This document shows, in pieces, positions 7,988-14,282 of a stretch of DNA of 33,990 nt. How positions within the stretch are numbered: the stretch's first letter is position 1; each line of letters begins with the position of its first letter. This DNA is from a virus (taxonomy: Duplodnaviria > Caudoviricetes): the IMG/VR virus record IMGVR_UViG_3300037631_003346, positions 1 to 33,990 of that record; one strand, written 5' to 3'. The translations under genes and the position numbers were made by a program. Under the pieces are notes generated by a model that saw only the letters and a list, made by a program, of their open reading frames with translations, made no database searches and was not told the DNA's origin.

Positions 7988-9179
7988 TCATAAATACCAG
8001 GCCTTTGGAAATGATTCAAGATACTTTATTGTAACAGGAGGTAGAGGATCCGGTAAATCTTTTGCTGCTAACGTATTCTTATTGTTGTTAACTTATGAAA
8101 GAGGACACAAGATTCTATTTACAAGATATACAATGGTATCCGCAGCTTCATCTATTATTCCAGAATTTATAGAGAAGTTAGAAATTATGGGTGTGGTCGA
8201 AGACTTTAGAATAACTAAAGACGAGATCACAAACATTAAAACAGGATCTAGTATTTTATTTAAAGGTATTAGAACAGCATCAGGAAATCAAACAGCAGCT
8301 TTAAAATCATTAAATGCTATTACTACATTCGTTTTAGATGAAGCAGAAGAATTAACAAATGAAGATGACTTTGATAAAATTGATCAGTCTGTTAGGGTAA
8401 GGACTAAACAGAATAGATGTGTTCTTATATTAAATCCAACTACTAAAGAACATTGGATCTACAATAGATTTTATGAGAATAGAGAAATACCAGACGGCTA
8501 CAATGGAATGAAGAATAGTATTACCTATATACACACAACCTATAAAGATAATGTAGATAATCTATCTATATCATTCTTAAATCAAATACAAGACATAAGA
8601 AGAAGAAGACCGGAAAAATATACTCATCAGATCCTTGGAGGCTGGTTAGAAAAACAGGAAGGGGTTATCTTTAAAAATTGGAGAATAGGAGAGTTCAATG
8701 AGAACTATGATATATATTATGGGCAAGACTTTGGATTCTCAATAGATCCAACAGTCTTGACTAAATTAAGTATTGATAGAAGAGGTAGAAGAATATATTG
8801 TAAAGTAATGTATTGTAAGCCTGGGCTTTCTACAACTCAGATAGCAGACTATAATATAAGATATGCAGGCCCACATTTAATTATTTGTGACTCAGCTGAA
8901 CCTAGGCTTATAAATGAAGTTAAACTCAAAGGGGTTAACATAAGACCTACAATAAAAAGAAAAGGATCTATATTATCTGGTATTGCTCTTCTACAAGACT
9001 TTGATTTAATTGTTGATCCTGATTCAACAGAATTAGTTAAAGAATTAAATAATTATGTTTGGGCCACCAAAGGCCAAACAAAACCAGTTGATCGTTGGAA
9101 TCATTGTATTGACTCAATCCGCTATGCGGCTCAATACGCTTTAGAAGGATTCTCTAAAGGAAGTTACTCAATTCGTTAA
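7968..9179 (+). CDS. terL: Terminase large subunit, PBSX/SPP1-like
   Basis: Walker A GGRGSGKS, Walker B VLDEAEE, LNP coupling motif, GQDFGFSIDP nuclease motif, NHCIDSIRYA. Confidence 0.95.
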   Translation: MKTPKLNHKYQAFGNDSRYFIVTGGRGSGKSFAANVFLLLLTYERGHKILFTRYTMVSAASSIIPEFIEKLEIMGVVEDFRITKDEITNIKTGSSILFKGIRTASGNQTAALKSLNAITTFVLDEAEELTNEDDFDKIDQSVRVRTKQNRCVLILNPTTKEHWIYNRFYENREIPDGYNGMKNSITYIHTTYKDNVDNLSISFLNQIQDIRRRRPEKYTHQILGGWLEKQEGVIFKNWRIGEFNENYDIYYGQDFGFSIDPTVLTKLSIDRRGRRIYCKVMYCKPGLSTTQIADYNIRYAGPHLIICDSAEPRLINEVKLKGVNIRPTIKRKGSILSGIALLQDFDLIVDPDSTELVKELNNYVWATKGQTKPVDRWNHCIDSIRYAAQYALEGFSKGSYSIR

Positions 9180-9216
9180 ACGCAGTAGGGTTAGACTCTT
9201 AAACGCAGTAGGGTTA
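9176..9216 (+). repeat. Repeat cluster 1: two TTAAACGCAGTAGGGTTA copies (9176, 9199; 23-bp period)
   Basis: Read directly; the first copy contains the terL stop codon. Confidence 0.95.
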
Positions 9217-9221
9217 AGATC

Positions 9222-9362
9222 TTAGTTAACTTCGTTACCTTTGGAATCAATAACCTTGTAGTTATTATCTTTTAAAAGTTTTACTGCATCATCTATTGTC
9301 TTTTGAGTTTTCCTAAAGTGATCAAAGATTTGATTTTCAAATGCATTATTTTTTATGTACAT
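9222..9362 (-). CDS. Small hypothetical protein, 46 aa (MYIKNNAFENQIFDHFRKTQKTIDDAVKLLKDNNYKVIDSKGNEVN)
   Basis: Manual minus-strand translation; AT-rich leader; upstream minus-strand TAACTTTG box. Confidence 0.75.
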   Translation of the reverse strand: MYIKNNAFENQIFDHFRKTQKTIDDAVKLLKDNNYKVIDSKGNEVN

Positions 9363-9389
9363 ATCTATTAATTTTATTAAGTTTACTTC

Positions 9390-9450
9390 TTAAACATAGT
9401 AGGGTTTAGTTCTTAAACGCAGTAGGCTTCCCGCTGAACTCAGTAGGCTT
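9390..9450 (+). repeat. Repeat cluster 2: TTAAACATAGTAGGGTT (9390), TTAAACGCAGTAGGCTT (9413), CTGAACTCAGTAGGCTT (9434)
   Basis: Read directly; one near-exact and two degenerate copies. Confidence 0.9.
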
Positions 9451-9507
9451 CCAGATCCATCTCTGGAATTTCCTCTGTTGCCTCGAAGTAGATCTCTGTT
9501 CATACTT

Positions 9508-9515
9508 CAAAGTTA
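9508..9515 (-). promoter_or_regulatory. Minus-strand TAnnTTTG promoter box (TAACTTTG)
   Basis: CAAAGTTA on the + strand; points toward the 9362..9222 gene. Confidence 0.6.
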
Positions 9516-9579
9516 AGAAAATTTTAACATATTCTTAACATTAATTTAACATTAGACAAAAAAATAGTTTGTAGTATTG
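9513..9579 (+). promoter_or_regulatory. 11-bp-periodic TTAACA array (9513 TTAAGA, 9524, 9535, 9546) plus TAGTATTG -7-like box (9572)
   Basis: Exact 11-bp spacing seen in the sequence; lies upstream of ORF 9603. Confidence 0.75.
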
Positions 9580-9602
9580 TATCAAACATTAAAAATAATT
9601 AT

Positions 9603-9866
9603 ATGGAAAAAGTTGAAAAGTTTATCGAAGAGACTTCTAACGGGAAGATCTTCAGCGCAACATTCGTAAAAAAGAATGGTACTATCAGAACTATTCATTG
9701 TCGCAGAGGCGTCAAGAAAGGTCTGACTGGTAAAGGTATGGCCTATGATCCTGGATCTAGAGGCCTATTAGTTGTCTATGATTTATCTAAAAAGAATTAT
9801 CGTATGATAAATTTAGCTAAATTAATTGAAGCTAAAGTTAATGGTTTAATCTATAAATTTATTTAA
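9603..9866 (+). CDS. Small SH3/Sm-like beta-barrel protein (WYL_2-like)
   Basis: FSATFVKKNGTIRTI...LLVVYDLSKKNYRMIN fits the F.K.dG..R / V.D.....R.. pattern. Confidence 0.6.
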   Translation: MEKVEKFIEETSNGKIFSATFVKKNGTIRTIHCRRGVKKGLTGKGMAYDPGSRGLLVVYDLSKKNYRMINLAKLIEAKVNGLIYKFI

Positions 9867-9867
9867 T

Positions 9868-10350
9868 ATGAAAGAACCTTATAAAAAAGTGATAGAGTTC
9901 TACAAGAACTCATCACCTAAACAACATCAATACTTTTTAAATCTGATTAGTGATCAAATGACATTCTTTAATCAAGAGACTAGAGAGCAATTTGATATAG
10001 ACAATGATCGCTTAATTGAATTTAATGGCATATTTCATCAGTTAAATTTAAAAGGTAGTTACGACAGCACTTTCGTGAAAGATCCCAGTATTGAATCTCT
10101 AATCGATTATGAAAGACAATCTGTTGGTTATGCTGAGTCAGATGCTAGTAGTGACGAAGATATTCTAGCTAGTTTAATTTCTAAATATTGTGAATGGGAT
10201 GGGGCTTTTATTTACAGATTAGCAAGAGAATGTTTTACAGAATGTAATCATCATACTTTTAACAAAGCTTTTGAGAAGCTTTGGGAAAAGGAAATACTTA
10301 AAACAGATCACATAAATAAAAAAGATAAAAATGAAAACGATAATAAATAA
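9868..10350 (+). CDS. Hypothetical early protein
   Basis: ORF track, 160 aa, in operon. Confidence 0.7.
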   Translation: MKEPYKKVIEFYKNSSPKQHQYFLNLISDQMTFFNQETREQFDIDNDRLIEFNGIFHQLNLKGSYDSTFVKDPSIESLIDYERQSVGYAESDASSDEDILASLISKYCEWDGAFIYRLARECFTECNHHTFNKAFEKLWEKEILKTDHINKKDKNENDNK

Positions 10351-10627
10351 AATTAAACAATACAATCGCAAGTCAATGCGAAATGTTAAGAACACTAGAG
10401 AAGAAATTGATAACTATATAAAAATTGAAGTTGTTTCATCCTGGACGATTAAGGGCGATGCTAAAGAACATAGAGATACCTTAGCAAACCTAGAAATATA
10501 TTCCTGGACTATCACATCACAAGAGTTAGAATTACTTGTAGAGGCGCTTAAATGCGTTTATTCAAATCATCCGGATGGGGAGGTTAAAATGGAAGTCACA
10601 CATAATCACGAATACTTAAATTGTTAA
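10331..10627 (+). CDS. Hypothetical early protein
   Basis: ORF track, 98 aa. Confidence 0.65.
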   Translation: MKTIINKIKQYNRKSMRNVKNTREEIDNYIKIEVVSSWTIKGDAKEHRDTLANLEIYSWTITSQELELLVEALKCVYSNHPDGEVKMEVTHNHEYLNC

Positions 10628-10628
10628 T

Positions 10629-10763
10629 ATGATAAAGTGTAATAAATGTTCATCAGAAATTGTAAAGAAAGGCGGAGTCTTTTTCTGTTACAATTGCAAG
10701 GGTTATAAAATGTCTTATGAGACATATAAGTTTAATTCATTAATAAATAGTTATGATAAATAA
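10629..10763 (+). CDS. Small zinc-ribbon protein, 44 aa (MIKCNKCSSEIVKKGGVFFCYNCKG...)
   Basis: Manual translation; CxxC-x12-CxxC; fills an operon gap. Confidence 0.7.
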   Translation: MIKCNKCSSEIVKKGGVFFCYNCKGYKMSYETYKFNSLINSYDK

Positions 10764-10968
10764 TAAAATTAAAATAGTTAGACCAATGAGAGTTTGGTTC
10801 AGGAGCTTCTGGATCCTAATGAATGATATATTCAATCCAAAAGTAGCAACACATAAATGGACTAGATATCCAATGTATGCTAAAGATCAAAAAGAAAAAG
10901 ATCTTATCATTGCAAGTAAAGTAGAAACGTTAAACCAGAATATTAAAATTAAGAATTATGACTTATAG
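10753..10968 (+). CDS. Hypothetical early protein
   Basis: ORF track, 71 aa. Confidence 0.6.
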   Translation: MINNKIKIVRPMRVWFRSFWILMNDIFNPKVATHKWTRYPMYAKDQKEKDLIIASKVETLNQNIKIKNYDL

Positions 10969-11152
10969 TGAAGACATCCAGAGAATTGAATCTCAACACC
11001 TGAGATTAATTCTCAATAAGCAAGCAGATACAATAGACGAATTGAGAATAGAAGTTGTTACACTTCATTCAAGAATAGAAGTCTTGTTAGCAAAAATAGA
11101 AGTCCTGGAACAAAAAGTTGAACAGGATATAATTAATAATAAATTAAATTAA
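10958..11152 (+). CDS. Hypothetical coiled-coil protein
   Basis: ORF track; heptad pattern. Confidence 0.65.
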   Translation: MTYSEDIQRIESQHLRLILNKQADTIDELRIEVVTLHSRIEVLLAKIEVLEQKVEQDIINNKLN

Positions 11153-11160
11153 ATAAAGTT

Positions 11161-11391
11161 ATGAGTAAAAATAATCACACTTACGTTCACAGTATTGATG
11201 GGATCCACGGATCTGACGGAGAGGTTTACGTTAGTTATGGGAAAGATAAAGAGCTAACAATAGAATCTGAAAGCCTTTGGTTTTTCCTTCCGGATTTAAT
11301 TAAGATAGCAATACAGCAAAAGAAAGTTTCTAATGAGATCCAGAACTTGCACATTGAATCGGCTGTTAAATTATTAAAGGATACACTATGA
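11161..11391 (+). CDS. Hypothetical early protein
   Basis: ORF track, 76 aa. Confidence 0.65.
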   Translation: MSKNNHTYVHSIDGIHGSDGEVYVSYGKDKELTIESESLWFFLPDLIKIAIQQKKVSNEIQNLHIESAVKLLKDTL

Positions 11392-11534
11392 AAAGAAAAG
11401 ATTTTATAAAGACATATATTTTGCCATATGAAGAAGACTCTTCAATTATAAAATATTTAGAAGGTTCAATGGATTATGATGATGACTATTTAGAAGAAGT
11501 TGCAAGTAATATTAATGTTAAAATAAAACACTGA
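11388..11534 (+). CDS. Small acidic protein, 48 aa (MKRKDFIKTYILPYEEDSSIIKYLEGSMDYDDDYLEEVASNINVKIKH)
   Basis: Manual translation; ATGA overlap with the upstream stop. Confidence 0.65.
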   Translation: MKRKDFIKTYILPYEEDSSIIKYLEGSMDYDDDYLEEVASNINVKIKH

Positions 11535-11537
11535 TTC

Positions 11538-11630
11538 TTAAACGCAATAGGGTTGCCAACTTCATTAAACGCAATGGGGTTGGCAATTTCTTAAACGCAG
11601 TAGGGTTTCTTTCTTAAACGCAGTGGGGTT
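11538..11630 (+). repeat. Repeat cluster 3: four TTAAACGCARTRGGGTT copies (11538, 11565, 11591, 11614)
   Basis: Read directly; spacers 10, 9 and 6 nt. Confidence 0.95.
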
Positions 11631-11647
11631 AGCCCTCCAAAATCAAA

Positions 11648-11811
11648 TGTTAAAATTCTGTTAAAATTTTGGTAGATTAAAATATTTTTTGTATTGGCAA
11701 ATTTTCGGGCTTGATTCATTTGCGCAATTTAGAAACGTTTTAAATAATTTAGATAGCGTCAAATGTTAACAATTCGTTAACATTAGCAAACCAATTTTAA
11801 ATATATATTTG
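11648..11811 (+). promoter_or_regulatory. TTAACA pairs (inverted at 11648/11659; forward at 11766/11777) plus TATATTTG -7 box (11804-11811)
   Basis: Both pairs have 11-bp spacing; perfect TAnnTTTG box upstream of ATG 11835. Confidence 0.75.
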
Positions 11812-11834
11812 TGATTCACTTTAAAAAAATAAAT

Positions 11835-12632
11835 ATGTCAAATTTTCAAACTACATTAAAAAGAACTATTAATGAGATTAACGGGTTTCAGGTTCCTAAA
11901 AAATTATTAAGCCAGGGAACGACGAACGCAAAAACAAAAAAGAATAAGTTAAAAACTTTTATTCTTTATTTAGCGCCTTATAACCAAAACAGTAAAGGGG
12001 TTAACATTTGCCCGCACGCCTCCAAAGGATGCGCGGTCTCTTGTCTGTTTTCAGCTGGCCGGGGTAAATTCTCAAACGTTGTAAAATCCAGGATAAATAA
12101 AACCGAATATTTTCTTAGGGATAAAAAGAATTTTTTGCACCAATTACATAAGGAAATAATACAAGAATATTACAAAGCAAAAAAAGGTAATTATAAAATT
12201 GCGATCAGATTAAACGGAACTTCAGACCTTGATTTTTTACACTTATTGCGGGTTAACTTTGGTTTCTGTTCAGAAAGTTACGCCGATAATATGGTTTTTT
12301 ATGATTATACAAAAGACATCAGAAGAGCAATAAAGTACAAAGATTTTAATGAGTATAATTATAAATTAACCTTTTCACATTCTGAATCTAACTCATTAAA
12401 TTGTGATCTAGCCATAAGAAACAAAATAAACGTTGCTGTAGTTTTTGAACAGATGCCAATAAAATATTTAGATACCTGGGTTATTAACGGGGATCAAAGC
12501 GATGATATTATGCTGGATCACTCGGGCGTTATTTTGGGCCTCAAGGCCAAAGGCGACGCGCGAACAGATCAAAGCGGTTTTGTAATTAAAAAAGATAATA
12601 AATATATAGAATATGATGTTTTACCCTTCTAG
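11835..12632 (+). CDS. GP88-like (mycobacteriophage gene 88 family) Cys-cluster protein
   Basis: ILYLAP, NICPHASKGCAVSCL..AGRG, IRLNGTSD, FYDYTK, GLKAKG motifs; ATG 11835 preferred over GTG 11811. Confidence 0.8.
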   Translation: MSNFQTTLKRTINEINGFQVPKKLLSQGTTNAKTKKNKLKTFILYLAPYNQNSKGVNICPHASKGCAVSCLFSAGRGKFSNVVKSRINKTEYFLRDKKNFLHQLHKEIIQEYYKAKKGNYKIAIRLNGTSDLDFLHLLRVNFGFCSESYADNMVFYDYTKDIRRAIKYKDFNEYNYKLTFSHSESNSLNCDLAIRNKINVAVVFEQMPIKYLDTWVINGDQSDDIMLDHSGVILGLKAKGDARTDQSGFVIKKDNKYIEYDVLPF

Positions 12633-12750
12633 TTATTACGATCCACCCAGCCAGGATCCGCCGAACTTTTGCGCATTCTGTGAAAAAGAGATCCCCGACA
12701 ATAAAGTTTATTGCTCCAGCTCTTGCCTGGTTAATGATTCAGAACTTTAA
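12613..12750 (+). CDS. Small treble-clef-type Zn finger protein, 45 aa (…FCAFCEKEIPDNKVYCSSSCL…)
   Basis: Manual translation; CxxC...YCSxxC. Confidence 0.7.
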   Translation: MMFYPSSYYDPPSQDPPNFCAFCEKEIPDNKVYCSSSCLVNDSEL

Positions 12751-12801
12751 ACGCAATAGGCCTCATTAAACGCAGTGGGCCCCATTAAACGCAGTGGGCC
12801 C
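12747..12801 (+). repeat. Repeat cluster 4: three TTAAACGCARTRGGCC copies (12747, 12766, 12785; 19-bp period)
   Basis: Read directly; the first copy contains the stop codon of 12613..12750; T7 run at 12808-12814. Confidence 0.95.
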
Positions 12802-12837
12802 GCCTGCTTTTTTTCAGGTTTCAGAGCTCCCAAAATT

Positions 12838-12894
12838 TTAACAAAACTTTAACATTTCTTTAACATTTATTTAACATTTTGCGCCTTATATTAG
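12838..12894 (+). promoter_or_regulatory. Four TTAACA boxes at exact 11-bp period (12838, 12849, 12860, 12871) plus TATATTAG -7-like box (12887)
   Basis: Read directly; upstream of ORF 12936. Confidence 0.8.
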
Positions 12895-12935
12895 CAGTAT
12901 TAAAATAATTAATTAATCTAACAAACATTAAAATT

Positions 12936-13208
12936 ATGAGTAAACAAAAAAATTTATTTCAATTGCTTAAACCAGAAGCAAAAAAAAGCCTGGTAAGAAA
13001 CAGAATACAATTTGAGGTCGTTATAGATATGATCATTGAAAACTTAAAAAGGAATTACAACGTTTCAGATTTAACGATTAGACAAGTTAATAATATTTAT
13101 TTATTTTCTGACATTGACTATCCACAAAGCCCGGTTGAGGCGATGTATTGTGAACCTTTATTTTTTAAAAATGATGAAGAATTAACTTTCCAGGACGATG
13201 AAAAATAA
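12936..13208 (+). CDS. Hypothetical early protein (NLFQLLKPE motif)
   Basis: ORF track, 90 aa; AT-rich leader. Confidence 0.7.
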   Translation: MSKQKNLFQLLKPEAKKSLVRNRIQFEVVIDMIIENLKRNYNVSDLTIRQVNNIYLFSDIDYPQSPVEAMYCEPLFFKNDEELTFQDDEK

Positions 13209-13302
13209 ACTAATAAAAATAATTGAGGCGGTATTTTTAACCGCCTCAATTATTCAATTAACTTTAATTTTTTTACTAATTATAAAACTAATAACAGAAT
13301 GA
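13198..13302 (+). CDS. Small membrane peptide, 34 aa (MKNKLIKIIEAVFLTASIIQLTLIFLLIIKLITE)
   Basis: Manual translation; one hydrophobic helix; ATGA coupling to the next gene. Confidence 0.5.
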   Translation: MKNKLIKIIEAVFLTASIIQLTLIFLLIIKLITE

Positions 13303-13586
13303 ATAATATTTTAACAGACAACAAAACAATTAAAAATTTTACTAACGTGGAATTTATTAACCATATTATGCAAACATCACATATTCACCAGGTCGCAAGC
13401 CTTAAAGTTTTTGAGCTGGGAATGAAATCTATTTTAAGCGAAAAAGAACAACTATTGAAAGAATATGAGGAACACCAGGAAAAACTAAAAAAAGAAAATA
13501 AAGTTTCTATAGCTTTTCATATTCCTACAATGATGAGAATAATTGAAGAAATGCAAACCGCGTTTAATCTAAAATATAATAACTAA
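13299..13586 (+). CDS. Hypothetical early protein
   Basis: ORF track, 95 aa. Confidence 0.7.
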   Translation: MNNILTDNKTIKNFTNVEFINHIMQTSHIHQVASLKVFELGMKSILSEKEQLLKEYEEHQEKLKKENKVSIAFHIPTMMRIIEEMQTAFNLKYNN

Positions 13587-13741
13587 TGACAGTAATTGAA
13601 CTAATTAACGAACTAAAAAAACATCCTGAAAATTCGGATGTTATAACAGATAATATTGCACCAAATAAAGAAAGGGAATTTGTTTTTGGAACTTTTATGA
13701 ATGAAGACGGAGACACAATTTTATCAACTTATTTAAAATAA
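13586..13741 (+). CDS. Small hypothetical protein, 51 aa (MTVIELINELKKHPENSDV...)
   Basis: Manual translation; MTV.ELI..L N-terminus is common in small phage proteins; TAATG coupling. Confidence 0.7.
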   Translation: MTVIELINELKKHPENSDVITDNIAPNKEREFVFGTFMNEDGDTILSTYLK

Positions 13742-13772
13742 ATAGTTTGTTTTGTTTGATCCTAGTAAATAT

Positions 13773-13805
13773 ATAACCCTCTATTTTTCAAGGGGGTTAT
13801 TATTT
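13773..13805 (+). terminator. Possible intrinsic terminator
   Basis: ATAACCCTCT / AGGGGGTTAT stem with one G-U pair; weak T tail. Confidence 0.5.
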
Positions 13806-13848
13806 GCGGGAATAAATAAACTCTTTTATCAAATCAAATCTTAAAAAT

Positions 13849-13962
13849 ATGAATGAAATAATCTCAAATTGTTGCGGAGCTTCGCCCTGGTTAAATGAGT
13901 CCAGGTACTTAAGATGCTCAGACTGTTTGGAACATTGCGAATTCATCGAGCTGGACGAATAA
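13849..13962 (+). CDS. Small Cys-rich protein, 37 aa (MNEIISNCCGASPWLNESRYLRCSDCLEHCEFIELDE)
   Basis: Manual translation; the SxCCGA...CxxCxEHC pattern recurs in phage early genes. Confidence 0.75.
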   Translation: MNEIISNCCGASPWLNESRYLRCSDCLEHCEFIELDE

Positions 13963-14142
13963 TTTTTAAACTGGATATCCAGACAGAGAAAAATTAACGT
14001 AAAACGGAAGGTCTATACACCACTATACTAAGTTTAACCAAATCAACCCAAAACAGGTTTAATAGTTTAGAAAAATAAAGTTGTTTACGGGTGTATCTGA
14101 GAAAAGAATATAGTTACCCCAAAACCTCTCTTTATGTATTAA

Positions 14143-14239
14143 TATATTTGATATTGAAATTTAAATCTCGTTAGAGGAGCATATCCGAGTATCGTTATGG
14201 ACGATCCTCGTCTATTGACATATAGACAATCATTTTTTT
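14143..14239 (+). ncRNA. Candidate small RNA (TATATTTG promoter, structured ~85 nt, hairpin plus U tract)
   Basis: Promoter box 14143-14150 with no downstream + strand ORF; stems ATCGT/ACGAT, GAGG/CCTC, GTCTAT/ATAGAC, then T7. Confidence 0.35.
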
Positions 14240-14282
14240 ATCATTTTGTTTGCCTTTTTGTTTATTATTTTCAATAAAGTTA

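Noticed and set aside
9390-9503. Minus-strand ORF from ATG 9503 (MNRDLLRGNRG...)
   Set aside because: It runs through the repeat cluster with atypical composition; more likely an untranslated leader, though a leader peptide is not excluded.
9176-12801. TTAAACGC clusters as a CRISPR or mini-CRISPR array
   Set aside because: Repeats are about 17 nt with 2-10 nt linkers, far below CRISPR repeat and spacer sizes, and no cas genes are present.
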